Below are positions 9,403-17,862 of a stretch of DNA of 64,000 nucleotides, one piece after another. The notes under the pieces were generated by a model that saw only the letters and a list, made by a program, of their open reading frames with translations, made no database searches and had not been told where the DNA came from. Position 1 is the first letter of the stretch. Every line of letters starts with the position of its first letter. The position numbers were made by a program, and so were the translations under genes. Origin of the DNA: an uncultured Mycolicibacterium sp. (GTDB lineage: Bacteria > Actinomycetota > Actinomycetes > Mycobacteriales > Mycobacteriaceae); NCBI RefSeq assembly GCF_964000695.1, contig NZ_CAXEZH010000097.1; one strand, written 5' to 3'.

Positions 9403-9882
9403 ATGACCACGACTGTGATGACCATTCGCCGTGGCCTCTACAGCGTCCTCGCCGGCGGGGCGCTCGTGCTCGGCCCGGCGCTCCTGGCCCCGGTGGCCAC
9501 CGCGCAGCCCGACCCCGCGCCCGACTGCTCGGCAGCGAATGTGGCCCGCACCGTCAGTGCCGCCACCGCGGCCGAAGGAGACTACCTGGTGGCCAACCCG
9601 CCGACCAACTCGCAGCTGTCGAGTATCTCGTCGCAACCGCCGGAGCAGGCCCAGGACGCCTACAACGCATATTTCGAGCAGAACCCCCAGGTCAGAGATG
9701 ACTTGGCGGCGATCCACCAGCCGGTGAACGCGTTGAGCGAGCAGTGCGGCTTCGACGTGTCGCCGACGCTGGTGGCCGCCGCGGTGTGGCAGACCCAGCC
9801 TCAGACGGCGGCGGGCGTCGACACCCCGAACCTGAACCAGAACCAGGAAGGTACTCCGGCCGGAGTCGAACCACCCTCCTAG
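9403..9882 (+). CDS. secreted hemophore-related protein (Rv0203-type family)
   Basis: Signal peptide ...LLAPVATAQP. Conserved Cys pair (DCSAANVA ... ALSEQCGF). Pattern YLVANPPTN...YFEQNPQVRDDLAAIHQP resembles remembered Rv0203/Rv1174c-family proteins. Alternative ATG at 9418. Confidence 0.7.
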   Translation: MTTTVMTIRRGLYSVLAGGALVLGPALLAPVATAQPDPAPDCSAANVARTVSAATAAEGDYLVANPPTNSQLSSISSQPPEQAQDAYNAYFEQNPQVRDDLAAIHQPVNALSEQCGFDVSPTLVAAAVWQTQPQTAAGVDTPNLNQNQEGTPAGVEPPS

Positions 9883-10045
9883 ACACCGGCGGACGGCGCG
9901 GGTCGTCCATCGCGACAGGGATGCTGCAGTCGGCCGAGGAGATCGCCATCGGCCCCGCTGACCTGGGCGGAGTTTGGCGCGCAGCCGAATCGGCTAGGCA
10001 CGGTGTACGAGCTTGTTGTTCGCACATCGTGAGGAGTGATCTTCC

Positions 10046-10210
10046 ATGACCGCGTCTGTCAGGACCGTGCGACGTAGTCTCTTCGGCGTTTTTGCCGGTG
10101 GCCTGCTTGCCTTCGGGTCAGCAGCGATCGTGGCGCCGGTGGCCAATTTCGAGCCGGCGCCCGCCTACGTGTACACCACCAGTGTGAGCGGACAGACCGA
10201 CACGAACTGA
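10046..10210 (+). CDS. 54-aa ORF: signal-peptide-only paralog stub of the hemophore-like gene (possible pseudogene)
   Basis: GAGGAG RBS at 10031..10036. MTASVRTVRRSLFGVFAGGLLAFGSAAIVAPVA parallels MTIRRGLYSVLAGGALVLGPALLAPVATA of the upstream gene, then diverges and stops. Not in the ORF track because it is under 60 aa. Confidence 0.35.
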   Translation: MTASVRTVRRSLFGVFAGGLLAFGSAAIVAPVANFEPAPAYVYTTSVSGQTDTN

Positions 10211-10264
10211 CTCGCCGTGAATTAGCCAGCGACCGGTTGGGCTATACACGGCGGTAAGGTCGCG

Positions 10265-10972
10265 ATGTGCCGCGGTTCTGCGGCGGCCGGTGACGGCGCA
10301 CCCACTGCATCGGGAGACCTACTGACCGTCCTTCTCGTTGCACCGCGTGCGCGCGGCTGGATCCACCTGGTGAGTGCGGTCGCAGCTGCGGTGGCCGGCG
10401 TGGGGTTGCTGATGAACGCGTGGGTGTCCTCGACCCCGCGCGCGGTCGGCGCTGTGTTGGTTTATGTCGTCGGAATTGTTGCCATGTTCGGCATCAGCGC
10501 CACCTACCACCGTGTCCGATGGGGATCCGTGGTCGCCGAGAAGTGGATGATGCGGCTGGACCACTCCGCGATCTTTGTCTTCATCGCGGCGAGCTACACA
10601 CCGCTGGCGATTCTTGCGATGCCGCCGGACATCGGCGCGGACGTGCTGACGATCGTCTGGATCGGTGCCGGCGTAGGTGTGATCCTCAAAATGTGCTGGC
10701 CCTCTGCTCCCCGGTGGGCAGGCGTGTGCTGCTACCTGGTGTTGGGTTATGTGGCGGTCTGGTTCGCCGAGACACTCTTGGTGGGCGCGGGCGCCACCGT
10801 CGTCGCGCTGCTCGTCGCCGGGGGCGTCCTGTACAACGTCGGCGCCCTGCTCTATGGCGCACGATGGCCCGACCCCTGGCCGTCGACCTTCGGCCACCAT
10901 GAGTTCTTTCACGCCTTCACCGCCGCAGCGGCGATCTGTCACTTCGTAGCGATCTGGCTCGTCGTTCGTTAG
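10265..10972 (+). CDS. hemolysin III / PAQR family 7-TM membrane protein
   Basis: Motifs RGWIHL, SATYH, DHSAIF and HHEFFH, with about seven hydrophobic segments. Confidence 0.85.
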   Translation: MCRGSAAAGDGAPTASGDLLTVLLVAPRARGWIHLVSAVAAAVAGVGLLMNAWVSSTPRAVGAVLVYVVGIVAMFGISATYHRVRWGSVVAEKWMMRLDHSAIFVFIAASYTPLAILAMPPDIGADVLTIVWIGAGVGVILKMCWPSAPRWAGVCCYLVLGYVAVWFAETLLVGAGATVVALLVAGGVLYNVGALLYGARWPDPWPSTFGHHEFFHAFTAAAAICHFVAIWLVVR

Positions 10973-10988
10973 GCAGGGGAGTGCGCAA

Positions 10989-11033
10989 CTCGTCGGTGCC
11001 ACCCGGCACTTTCTCGTCGGTGCCACCCGGCAC
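10989..11033 (+). repeat. perfect 21-bp direct repeat CTCGTCGGTGCCACCCGGCAC x2, separated by TTT
   Basis: Copies at 10989..11009 and 11013..11033, ending 1 nt before the ATG at 11035. Confidence 0.9.
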
Positions 11034-11034
11034 G

Positions 11035-13119
11035 ATGGGCTTCATGGCGACACGAGCCGAAGCGCAGGCGATCCTGGAACAACTGGCCGGCCCCGCGGCC
11101 GTCCTGCGGGACGACCAGTGGACGGCCATCGAAGCGCTGGTGGTGCAGCGGCGCCGTGCGTTGGTCGTACAGCGCACCGGCTGGGGCAAATCGGCCGTCT
11201 ACTTCATCGCCGCGAAGCTGCTGCGCGCGGCGGGCCTCGGTGCGACCGTCATCGTGTCACCTCTGCTGGCGCTGATGCGTAACCAGGTCGCCGCCGCTGA
11301 CCGGGCCGGCGTCCACGCCGCCACCATCAACTCCAGCAATGTCGCGGACTGGTCGGACATCCACGCCCGGGTGCGCGGCGGTGACCTCGATGTACTTCTG
11401 GTCAGTCCGGAACGGCTGAACAACCCCGATTTCCGCGACGAGGTGCTACCGGCGCTGGCCCGCGATGCCGGGCTGGTCGTCGTCGACGAGGCCCACTGCG
11501 TCTCGGACTGGGGACACGACTTTCGGCCCGATTACCGGCGCATCCGCACTCTGGTCGCCGAACTGGGTGCCGACATCCCCGTGCTGGCCACCACTGCCAC
11601 CGCCAACGACCGGGTCGTGGCCGACGTCGCCGCGCAGCTCGGAGTGGGGGGACGCGACACGGTGGTGTTGCGTGGCGGCCTGGACCGCGAGTCGCTGCGG
11701 TTGTCGGTGGTGCAGGCGGGCAATCCCGCCCAGCGCGCAGCCTGGCTGGCCACCCACCTCGACGCGCTGCCGGGGTCGGGGATCGTCTACACCCTGACCG
11801 TCGCTCAGGCGCATGACGTCGCGACGCTGCTGCGTGAGCACGGTTACCAGGTCGCGGCCTACACCGGCGCCACCGAGGCGGCCGAGCGTGAACAGCTCGA
11901 GACCGACTTGCTCGAGAACCGGGTGAAGGCGCTGATCGCTACGTCAGCGCTGGGGATGGGCTTCGACAAGCCCGATCTCGGGTTCGTCGTCCACCTCGGC
12001 GCGCCGTCCTCGCCGATCGCGTACTACCAGCAGGTGGGACGAGCGGGCAGGTCGACGTCGAGCGCCGAGGTGGTGCTGCTGCCCGGGCGGGAAGACCAGG
12101 ACGTGTGGCGGTACTTCTCCTCGGTCGCGTTCCCGTCGGAAGCCATGGTGCGCTCGGTGATCGCCGCGCTCGACCCGGATCGTCCGACGTCGACACCCGC
12201 GCTGGAGCCCCTGGTCGATCTGAACCGGTCCCGCCTGGAGATGGTGCTCAAGGTGCTCGACGTCGACGGCGCCGTGCGCCGGGTGAAGGGTGGCTGGGTG
12301 GCCACCGGGACGCCGTGGGACTACGACGAACGGCGGTATCGGACTCTGGAGGAGGCCCGCCGGCGCGAGCAGCAGGCGATGCTCGACTACCAGTCCACCG
12401 ACGGTTGCCGGATGGCCTTCCTGCGGCGTCAGCTCGACGATCCAGAGCTCGGGGCGCAGGAGCGGTGCGGACGTTGCGACAACTGCGCCGGGGCTCGGTT
12501 CGACGGCGCCGTCGACAGCACTGCCGCCGACGATGCCCGCGAGCGGCTGATGCGTCCCGGCGTGGAGATCGCCGCTCGCCGCCAGTGGCCCACCGGGCTG
12601 GCCAAGCTGGGCGTCGAGCTGTCCGGCCGGATCTCCGACGGCCCCGCCCCGGGCCGCGCCATCGGCCGGCTCACCGATCTGGGCTGGGGTGCCCGGCTGC
12701 GTCGGCTGCTCGCCGACGAAGACGCCGAGGTGCCCGACGACGTGGTGGCGGCTGCGGTCAAGGTGCTGGCGTCCTGGGACTGGGACACCAGGCCGACCGC
12801 GGTGATGGCCCTGGACTCCGACACCCATCCCACGCTGATCACGTCGCTGGCCCGTCGACTCGCCGAGCTCGGTCGGCTGACGGATCTCGGCACGCTGCAC
12901 TACCGCCCGCAGCGTCGGCCGGTGACCGCGATGAACTCCGCCTATCGCGTTGCCGCCCTCGAGGGGGCCTGGGCCACGCCGGATTGTCCGTTCGACGGGC
13001 CGGTACTGCTGGTCGACGATCTGGCCGACACGGGATGGACGTTCACGATGGCGGCCCGGGCCGTGCGCGCGGCCGGGGCCCCCGCCGTCCTGCCCTTCGC
13101 GCTGGCGGCGACGAGCTAG
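11035..13119 (+). CDS. rqlH: RecQ-like ATP-dependent DNA helicase with ComF/phosphoribosyltransferase-like C-terminal domain
   Basis: Walker A TGWGKS. DEAH box VVDEAHCVSDWGHDFRPDY. Tetracysteine Zn module CRMAF...CGRCDNC. C-terminus VLLVDDLADTGWTFTMAARAVRAAGA. Architecture and position near hsaF match the remembered M. smegmatis RqlH. Start is ambiguous among 10981 (GTG), 11035 and 11044 (ATG). Confidence 0.85.
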   Translation: MGFMATRAEAQAILEQLAGPAAVLRDDQWTAIEALVVQRRRALVVQRTGWGKSAVYFIAAKLLRAAGLGATVIVSPLLALMRNQVAAADRAGVHAATINSSNVADWSDIHARVRGGDLDVLLVSPERLNNPDFRDEVLPALARDAGLVVVDEAHCVSDWGHDFRPDYRRIRTLVAELGADIPVLATTATANDRVVADVAAQLGVGGRDTVVLRGGLDRESLRLSVVQAGNPAQRAAWLATHLDALPGSGIVYTLTVAQAHDVATLLREHGYQVAAYTGATEAAEREQLETDLLENRVKALIATSALGMGFDKPDLGFVVHLGAPSSPIAYYQQVGRAGRSTSSAEVVLLPGREDQDVWRYFSSVAFPSEAMVRSVIAALDPDRPTSTPALEPLVDLNRSRLEMVLKVLDVDGAVRRVKGGWVATGTPWDYDERRYRTLEEARRREQQAMLDYQSTDGCRMAFLRRQLDDPELGAQERCGRCDNCAGARFDGAVDSTAADDARERLMRPGVEIAARRQWPTGLAKLGVELSGRISDGPAPGRAIGRLTDLGWGARLRRLLADEDAEVPDDVVAAAVKVLASWDWDTRPTAVMALDSDTHPTLITSLARRLAELGRLTDLGTLHYRPQRRPVTAMNSAYRVAALEGAWATPDCPFDGPVLLVDDLADTGWTFTMAARAVRAAGAPAVLPFALAATS

Positions 13120-13129
13120 CAGCGGTGAG

Positions 13130-13780
13130 CTAGTTGCGCGTGCGTGCCACCTCGGCAGCACCGTTGCCGGTGATGAGCCACAGGGTGGTGAGACTGGCAA
13201 CGAGATCGGCCACCGAGACGTCGGCCCGGCCGTCCAGGTAGGCGAGGATCGCGTCGGCCGTCCCCCCGACGATGAATGCGGGCGCGACCTTGGCGAGAGC
13301 GTCCTTTTCCAGCTCGACGTCGTGAATGGTGCGGGCGTGTCCCACCAGCACGGCCGTCAATCCCCGCATCACGGATGCCCGGTGCTCGTGCAGCACCGGG
13401 GAACTCGCCACGCCGCCGAGCAGAATCCGGCCCCGGCGTGGGTCGTCGACCAGGGTGTGGACCAGGGCGAGGACGGCGGCAGCGGCCTGATCCTCCAGTG
13501 GTGCGGTCGCGGCGGCGGCGATGGCGCTCATCGTCGCGGTTCGGACCTCCTCGGCGATCGTGTCGACGACGGCGGTGGCCACCTCGTCGAGGCTGGCGAA
13601 GTTCTCGTAGAAGTACCGCTTGTTGAGGCCGGCGCTGGCGCACAGGCGGTCGACGGTGAGGGTTCGCCACTCGTTGCCGGCAAGGGCATCTATCGCGGCG
13701 TCGAGCAGTCGGGCCCGCCGCTGGAGCCGGCGCGCATCCGCGGTCTGGCCCGCATACGTGCGTCCCGAAGTGTCGGCCAC
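13130..13780 (-). CDS. TetR family transcriptional regulator
   Basis: HTH LTVDRLCASAGLNKRYFYENF. GTG 13780 gives about 216 aa. The alternative GTG at 13834 and the track start at 14005 would overlap the divergent gene or promoter. Confidence 0.8.
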   Translation of the reverse strand: MADTSGRTYAGQTADARRLQRRARLLDAAIDALAGNEWRTLTVDRLCASAGLNKRYFYENFASLDEVATAVVDTIAEEVRTATMSAIAAAATAPLEDQAAAAVLALVHTLVDDPRRGRILLGGVASSPVLHEHRASVMRGLTAVLVGHARTIHDVELEKDALAKVAPAFIVGGTADAILAYLDGRADVSVADLVASLTTLWLITGNGAAEVARTRN

Positions 13781-13843
13781 CCGACGATCGTCGCACCCGC
13801 GACCGCCGGGGTCGCGGGTGAGTCTTGACAACACCGGTCCGAT

Positions 13844-13890
13844 TCTGGCACGTTCGGGTACCAGATAATCTGGCACAGTCTCGTACCAAA
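13844..13890. promoter_or_regulatory. two tandem operator-like dyads TCTGGCAC-N6-GTACCA(G/A)A
   Basis: TCTGGCACGTTCGGGTACCAGA (13844..13865) and TCTGGCACAGTCTCGTACCAAA (13869..13890), with GATAAT (13864..13869) between them. Lies in the TetR / 13906 divergent gap. Confidence 0.55.
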
Positions 13891-13905
13891 ATGTGAGGAT
13901 CTTCG

Positions 13906-14592
13906 TTGAGCACATCGATCGCCGGCCTAACGCCTGAATCTGCTGCCTCCTTCGTCGCCCGCGGTGCATCGGTGCTCGCCGAACTGCGCGAGCTCGCAGC
14001 GACATCGCCGGCGCTTGCGCGTCGCCTCGGCTGGGACTACTTGCGCGAGTTGGGTGCCGGGAACCGTCGAGACCAGCTGGCCGAACTGTTCGCCAGGGGC
14101 GCGGCGCCCGACGGTCCCCACGGTGAGATGGAAGGCCTGATCGTGGGCAAGCTCTTCGGCATCCCCGAAGCGCATCTGGCCAACCCGTTGATGAAGATCG
14201 ACCCGACGTGGCGCGGAAAAACCTTCGACCAGCGCAGCGGAACCGGGTTCAACCGGCTCAGCCCGCTGGGGAAGTACACGCTGCGCGCGGTGGCGCCGCT
14301 CTACGGCGGTCTGCGCCGGATCGGACGAGAGGTGCAGGGTTACGGATTCACCCACAAGCTCGACACCGCCGCCGCCGAACCGTTCAACGAGGTTCGCGCG
14401 CTGGACTATTCACCGGCGGAGTACCGCAACCCGAGCGTTCGGACGTTCCCCATCAAACGCACCCGCGACGAGATCGTCGAGTTGGTGCCCCGGCTCTACC
14501 TCGGTCGCGCTCTGCTCACCATGCCCGACGGTGAGGTCCGCCTGATCGCCTACTTCGCGCTCCGCGAGTTCAGCGACGAGCGTGAGGCATGA
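13906..14592 (+). CDS. conserved hypothetical protein (228 aa)
   Basis: TTG 13906 lies 6 nt after GAGGA. Coding-type G/C third-position bias. The stop overlaps the next start (ATGA at 14589). The C-terminal pattern DEIVELVPRLYLGRALL...IAYFALRE is faintly reminiscent of GXWXG/DUF4334-type proteins; unverified. Confidence 0.6.
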   Translation: MSTSIAGLTPESAASFVARGASVLAELRELAATSPALARRLGWDYLRELGAGNRRDQLAELFARGAAPDGPHGEMEGLIVGKLFGIPEAHLANPLMKIDPTWRGKTFDQRSGTGFNRLSPLGKYTLRAVAPLYGGLRRIGREVQGYGFTHKLDTAAAEPFNEVRALDYSPAEYRNPSVRTFPIKRTRDEIVELVPRLYLGRALLTMPDGEVRLIAYFALREFSDEREA

Positions 14593-15398
14593 TCGAACTC
14601 GACGGCGCCGTGGTGTGCGTGACCGGCGGGGCCCGCGGCATCGGCAAGGCCACCGCCACCGCGCTGGCACGCCGTGGCGCCCGGGTGTGGATCGGGGACA
14701 TCGATATCGAGGAGGCGGACCGTACTGCGAATGCGATAGGGGCGCGGGCACTCCCGCTCGATGTCACTGATCCGGCAAGTGTGACGGCTTTCCGTGACGC
14801 GAGCAGCACCGACGGGCCACCGGACATGGTGGTGAACAACGCCGGGATCCAGATCATGGGTGCATTCGTCGACCAGAAGGTGGAGCTGTATCACCGGGAG
14901 GTCGCGATCAATCTGCTCGGCGTCATCAATGGCCTCCATGCCTTTCTGCCCGGCATGCTCGACCGCGACCGCGGACACATCGTCAACGTCGCGTCCATGG
15001 CCGCCAAAGTGACGACACCGGGAATGTCGGTGTACTGCGCCACCAAGTTCGCGGTGGCAGCGCTGTCCCGGGCGGTGCGCGCGGAGATCGCCTCCAGTGC
15101 GGTGACAGTGAGCACCGTGTTCCCGACTGCCGTGCACACCGAGCTCACCGCAGGAGTGGCGCTCGATCTGCTGCCCACCCGCCAGCCGGAGGACATCGCC
15201 AGGGCGATCGTCGACAGTGCTCGTCATCCGCGCCGCGAGATCACCGTTCCCGGTTGGCTGTCACCGATGGGATTGATCGAGGAAGTGGCGCCGGAGCCCC
15301 TGTTGCAGCGACTCAAACATCTGGCGACGCTGCGTCGGCCGCCGGGGCATTACGACGAGTCGGTGCGCCGACGTTATCTGGACCGGATCGGCCAGTGA
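14589..15398 (+). CDS. short-chain dehydrogenase/reductase (SDR)
   Basis: TGGARGIGKATA cofactor motif, NNAG, and catalytic YCATKFAV (YxxxK). Confidence 0.85.
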   Translation: MIELDGAVVCVTGGARGIGKATATALARRGARVWIGDIDIEEADRTANAIGARALPLDVTDPASVTAFRDASSTDGPPDMVVNNAGIQIMGAFVDQKVELYHREVAINLLGVINGLHAFLPGMLDRDRGHIVNVASMAAKVTTPGMSVYCATKFAVAALSRAVRAEIASSAVTVSTVFPTAVHTELTAGVALDLLPTRQPEDIARAIVDSARHPRREITVPGWLSPMGLIEEVAPEPLLQRLKHLATLRRPPGHYDESVRRRYLDRIGQ

Positions 15399-16849
15399 TC
15401 GCCCTGAGCGACCCGATGCAGGCCAAGGTGCGCATGCAGTCCCTCGCGGCCGGCGTGACAGCGCGTTACCCCAGCCGCGAGCGTCCCTTGGCCCATCCGC
15501 CCGCGGGCTCCGATCTGGCGCCGGTGATGGGTGACTACGGGTTCCCACTCATCGGACATCTCCTGAGCTCGATCGTCGAACCGCTCGACTTCGCTCGTCG
15601 TCGCTATGCCCGCTTCGGTCCGGTGAGCTGGGCCGGGGGCGTGGGTTTCCGCATCGTGTCGCTCATGGGTCCGGAGGCGCTCGAAACCGCTTGGATCAAC
15701 AAGGACAAAGCGTTTTCCAGCGCGCGTGGATGGGCGCCTGTCATCGGGCCGTTCTTCCATCGCGGGATCATGCTGCTCGACTTCGATGAACACCGAGACC
15801 ATCGCCGCATCATGCAGCAGGCGTTCACCCGCAGCGCTCTCGACGGCTATCTCGCGCTGATGCGGCCGGGCATCCGACGTGCAGTCACCAGCTGGCCTGC
15901 GGCGCCCCGGTTTCCGTTCTACTCGTCCGTCAAGCAACTGCTGCTCGACCAGGCCGCCGAGGTGTTCGTCGGGACCACCCTCGGCCCGGAAGCCGACGAG
16001 CTGGCCGCCGATTTCCACGCCACGGTGCACGGCGGTCAGGCGATGATCCGCGCCGATGTGCCGGGTGGGACGTGGGCGCGGGGCTTACGAGCCCGGGAAC
16101 GGCTCGAACGGTACTTCGCCGCCCAGATCCCCGCCCGCCGCGCGGGTTGCGGCACCGACCTGTTCTCGATGCTGTGCCATAGCCGAGGCGAGCACGGTGA
16201 ACGGTTCAGCGACACCGACATCGTCAACCACATGATCTTTCTGTTGATGGCGGCGCATGACACCAGTGCGATTGCCATCTCGATGCTGGTCTACGAGCTG
16301 GGCCGGAACACGGACTGGCAGGACCGGCTGCGGGACGAAGCACTTCACAACGCCAACGACGAATTGACCCTCGCCGATCTCGACGGCGGATACCCCCTGC
16401 TCGACGCCGCATTCGACGAGATCCTGCGGATGTACGCGCCGGCGGGAACGCTGTTCCGGCAGGCGCTCACCGACACCGAGGTTGCCGGACACTTCATCCC
16501 GCGCAAGAGCCAGGTGGCGATCAACGTCTACGCCTCGATGCGGTTGGCCGACTGGTGGCCCGATCCGGACCGGTTCGACCCCGGTCGGTTTCTCGGTGGC
16601 GCGGACGCCCGGCCGGTGCATCGCTACGCGTTCGCTCCGTTCGGTGGCGGAGTCCACAAGTGTCTCGGTCAGCAGTTCGCCGACATGAACGTCAAAGCCG
16701 TGATGCACCAGGTGCTGCGCCACTTCGACTGGCACGTCCCCGCCGGATACCGTCCGATGATGACCTGGGGTACCGGGCCGACGCCCGCCGACGGATTGCC
16801 GATCACGCTGCGCAGCAGGGGCAGCGAGCACCGGCGCAGAGGGACGTGA
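15395..16849 (+). CDS. cytochrome P450 (about 484 aa, CYP136-like by memory)
   Basis: GTG 15395 overlaps the SDR stop (GTGA). EILR (ExxR) motif. Heme loop FAPFGGGVHKCLGQQFA. The segment VIGPFFHRGIMLLDFDEHRDHRRIMQQAF resembles remembered Mtb Cyp136. Confidence 0.85.
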   Translation: MIALSDPMQAKVRMQSLAAGVTARYPSRERPLAHPPAGSDLAPVMGDYGFPLIGHLLSSIVEPLDFARRRYARFGPVSWAGGVGFRIVSLMGPEALETAWINKDKAFSSARGWAPVIGPFFHRGIMLLDFDEHRDHRRIMQQAFTRSALDGYLALMRPGIRRAVTSWPAAPRFPFYSSVKQLLLDQAAEVFVGTTLGPEADELAADFHATVHGGQAMIRADVPGGTWARGLRARERLERYFAAQIPARRAGCGTDLFSMLCHSRGEHGERFSDTDIVNHMIFLLMAAHDTSAIAISMLVYELGRNTDWQDRLRDEALHNANDELTLADLDGGYPLLDAAFDEILRMYAPAGTLFRQALTDTEVAGHFIPRKSQVAINVYASMRLADWWPDPDRFDPGRFLGGADARPVHRYAFAPFGGGVHKCLGQQFADMNVKAVMHQVLRHFDWHVPAGYRPMMTWGTGPTPADGLPITLRSRGSEHRRRGT

Positions 16850-16873
16850 GCCGCCGGCGGCTCCGCGAGCGGG

Positions 16874-17779
16874 TCACTCGTCGGGTTTGGTGCCGCCGAG
16901 CTGCTGGGTGACGGCGTCGGCTGTCATCACCACCGCCCGCGCACGCTCGCGGATCTCGTTGTCACTCAGTGCTTTCCCGACCTGCATCGACACCACCATG
17001 ACTTGCCGCCGGTAATGGTCGAACACCGGCGCCGAGATCACGCTGATGTCGTGGCGGGTTTCGTCGTCATCGGTGTCTCGCAGGTAGACGCGCTCACCGA
17101 TGTCCGAGACGAGTTCGCCGAGCAGGGCGCGCAGTTCATCCGGCAGCGTGGCCGACACCCCGGCCATCAACGCGTACAACCGTCGTCCACCGGGCGTGAG
17201 CCGTTCCACCAGATAGCCGGAGCGTCGGCACTCGGCAACCACCCGGTCGCGGCGCTCGGTGTCGGTGCGCAGCGGAATGGTGGGCTCCCGGGCCAGCCAG
17301 TCGCGCAAGGAGTCGTCGTCCCACAGCACGAACATCAGGCCGACCGGGGGAGCGAACGGATAACTCTGTCCCACCTGCACGCCGATGTCGGCGCCCGGTG
17401 GGCCGACCAACTCCAGCAGGGTGATGCGGTCGTCGACGACAGCCGCCAGCGCGGCCGTGGTGCCGAACTCCGAGGACAGCCGGCGCAGCCGGTCACGGGC
17501 GGGCGGTCCGACTCGCATCGATTCCTGTGCGACGTGCCCCAGCGAGATCAACGACGGTCCCAGCCGATAGGTCTTGTCGGCGGGGTCGCGCACGAGGTAG
17601 CCGGATTCGGCCAGCGTGGTGACGATGCCCAGGCAGGTCGGCTTGCTCTGGCCCACGCGCCTGGCCAGGTCGGAGACGCCGAACCTGTCGTGTGGATGCC
17701 GGGCCAGGAAATCCAGTACGTCGACGACGCGCTGCGTCGGCGGCGAAGCTCGCCCGCTCATGCGTCCCTCCAGCGACAT
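16874..17779 (-). CDS. IclR family transcriptional regulator
   Basis: N-terminal wHTH VVDVLDFLARHPHDRFGVSDLARRVGQSKPTCLGIVTTLAESGYLVRD plus a C-terminal effector domain. A KstR operator lies 11 nt upstream of the start. Confidence 0.85.
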   Translation of the reverse strand: MSLEGRMSGRASPPTQRVVDVLDFLARHPHDRFGVSDLARRVGQSKPTCLGIVTTLAESGYLVRDPADKTYRLGPSLISLGHVAQESMRVGPPARDRLRRLSSEFGTTAALAAVVDDRITLLELVGPPGADIGVQVGQSYPFAPPVGLMFVLWDDDSLRDWLAREPTIPLRTDTERRDRVVAECRRSGYLVERLTPGGRRLYALMAGVSATLPDELRALLGELVSDIGERVYLRDTDDDETRHDISVISAPVFDHYRRQVMVVSMQVGKALSDNEIRERARAVVMTADAVTQQLGGTKPDE

Positions 17780-17789
17780 TGACTCGAAC

Positions 17790-17803
17790 TAGAACACGTT
17801 CTA
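17790..17803. promoter_or_regulatory. KstR-type operator TAGAACACGTTCTA (IclR / Rv3531c-like divergent region)
   Basis: Perfect palindromic match to TnnAACnnGTTnnA. Confidence 0.85.
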
Positions 17804-17862
17804 ATCTCGGATCAGAACTCTACCAGTCCGGTCCAATATTGAACCGTGGAGGCGCTTGCCGC

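Noticed and set aside
13834-14005. Longer starts for the TetR gene (GTG 13834, ATG 13915, track start 14005)
   Set aside because: They would run through the operator/promoter region or overlap the divergent gene at 13906. GTG 13780 places the HTH at the usual distance from the N-terminus. The start remains uncertain.
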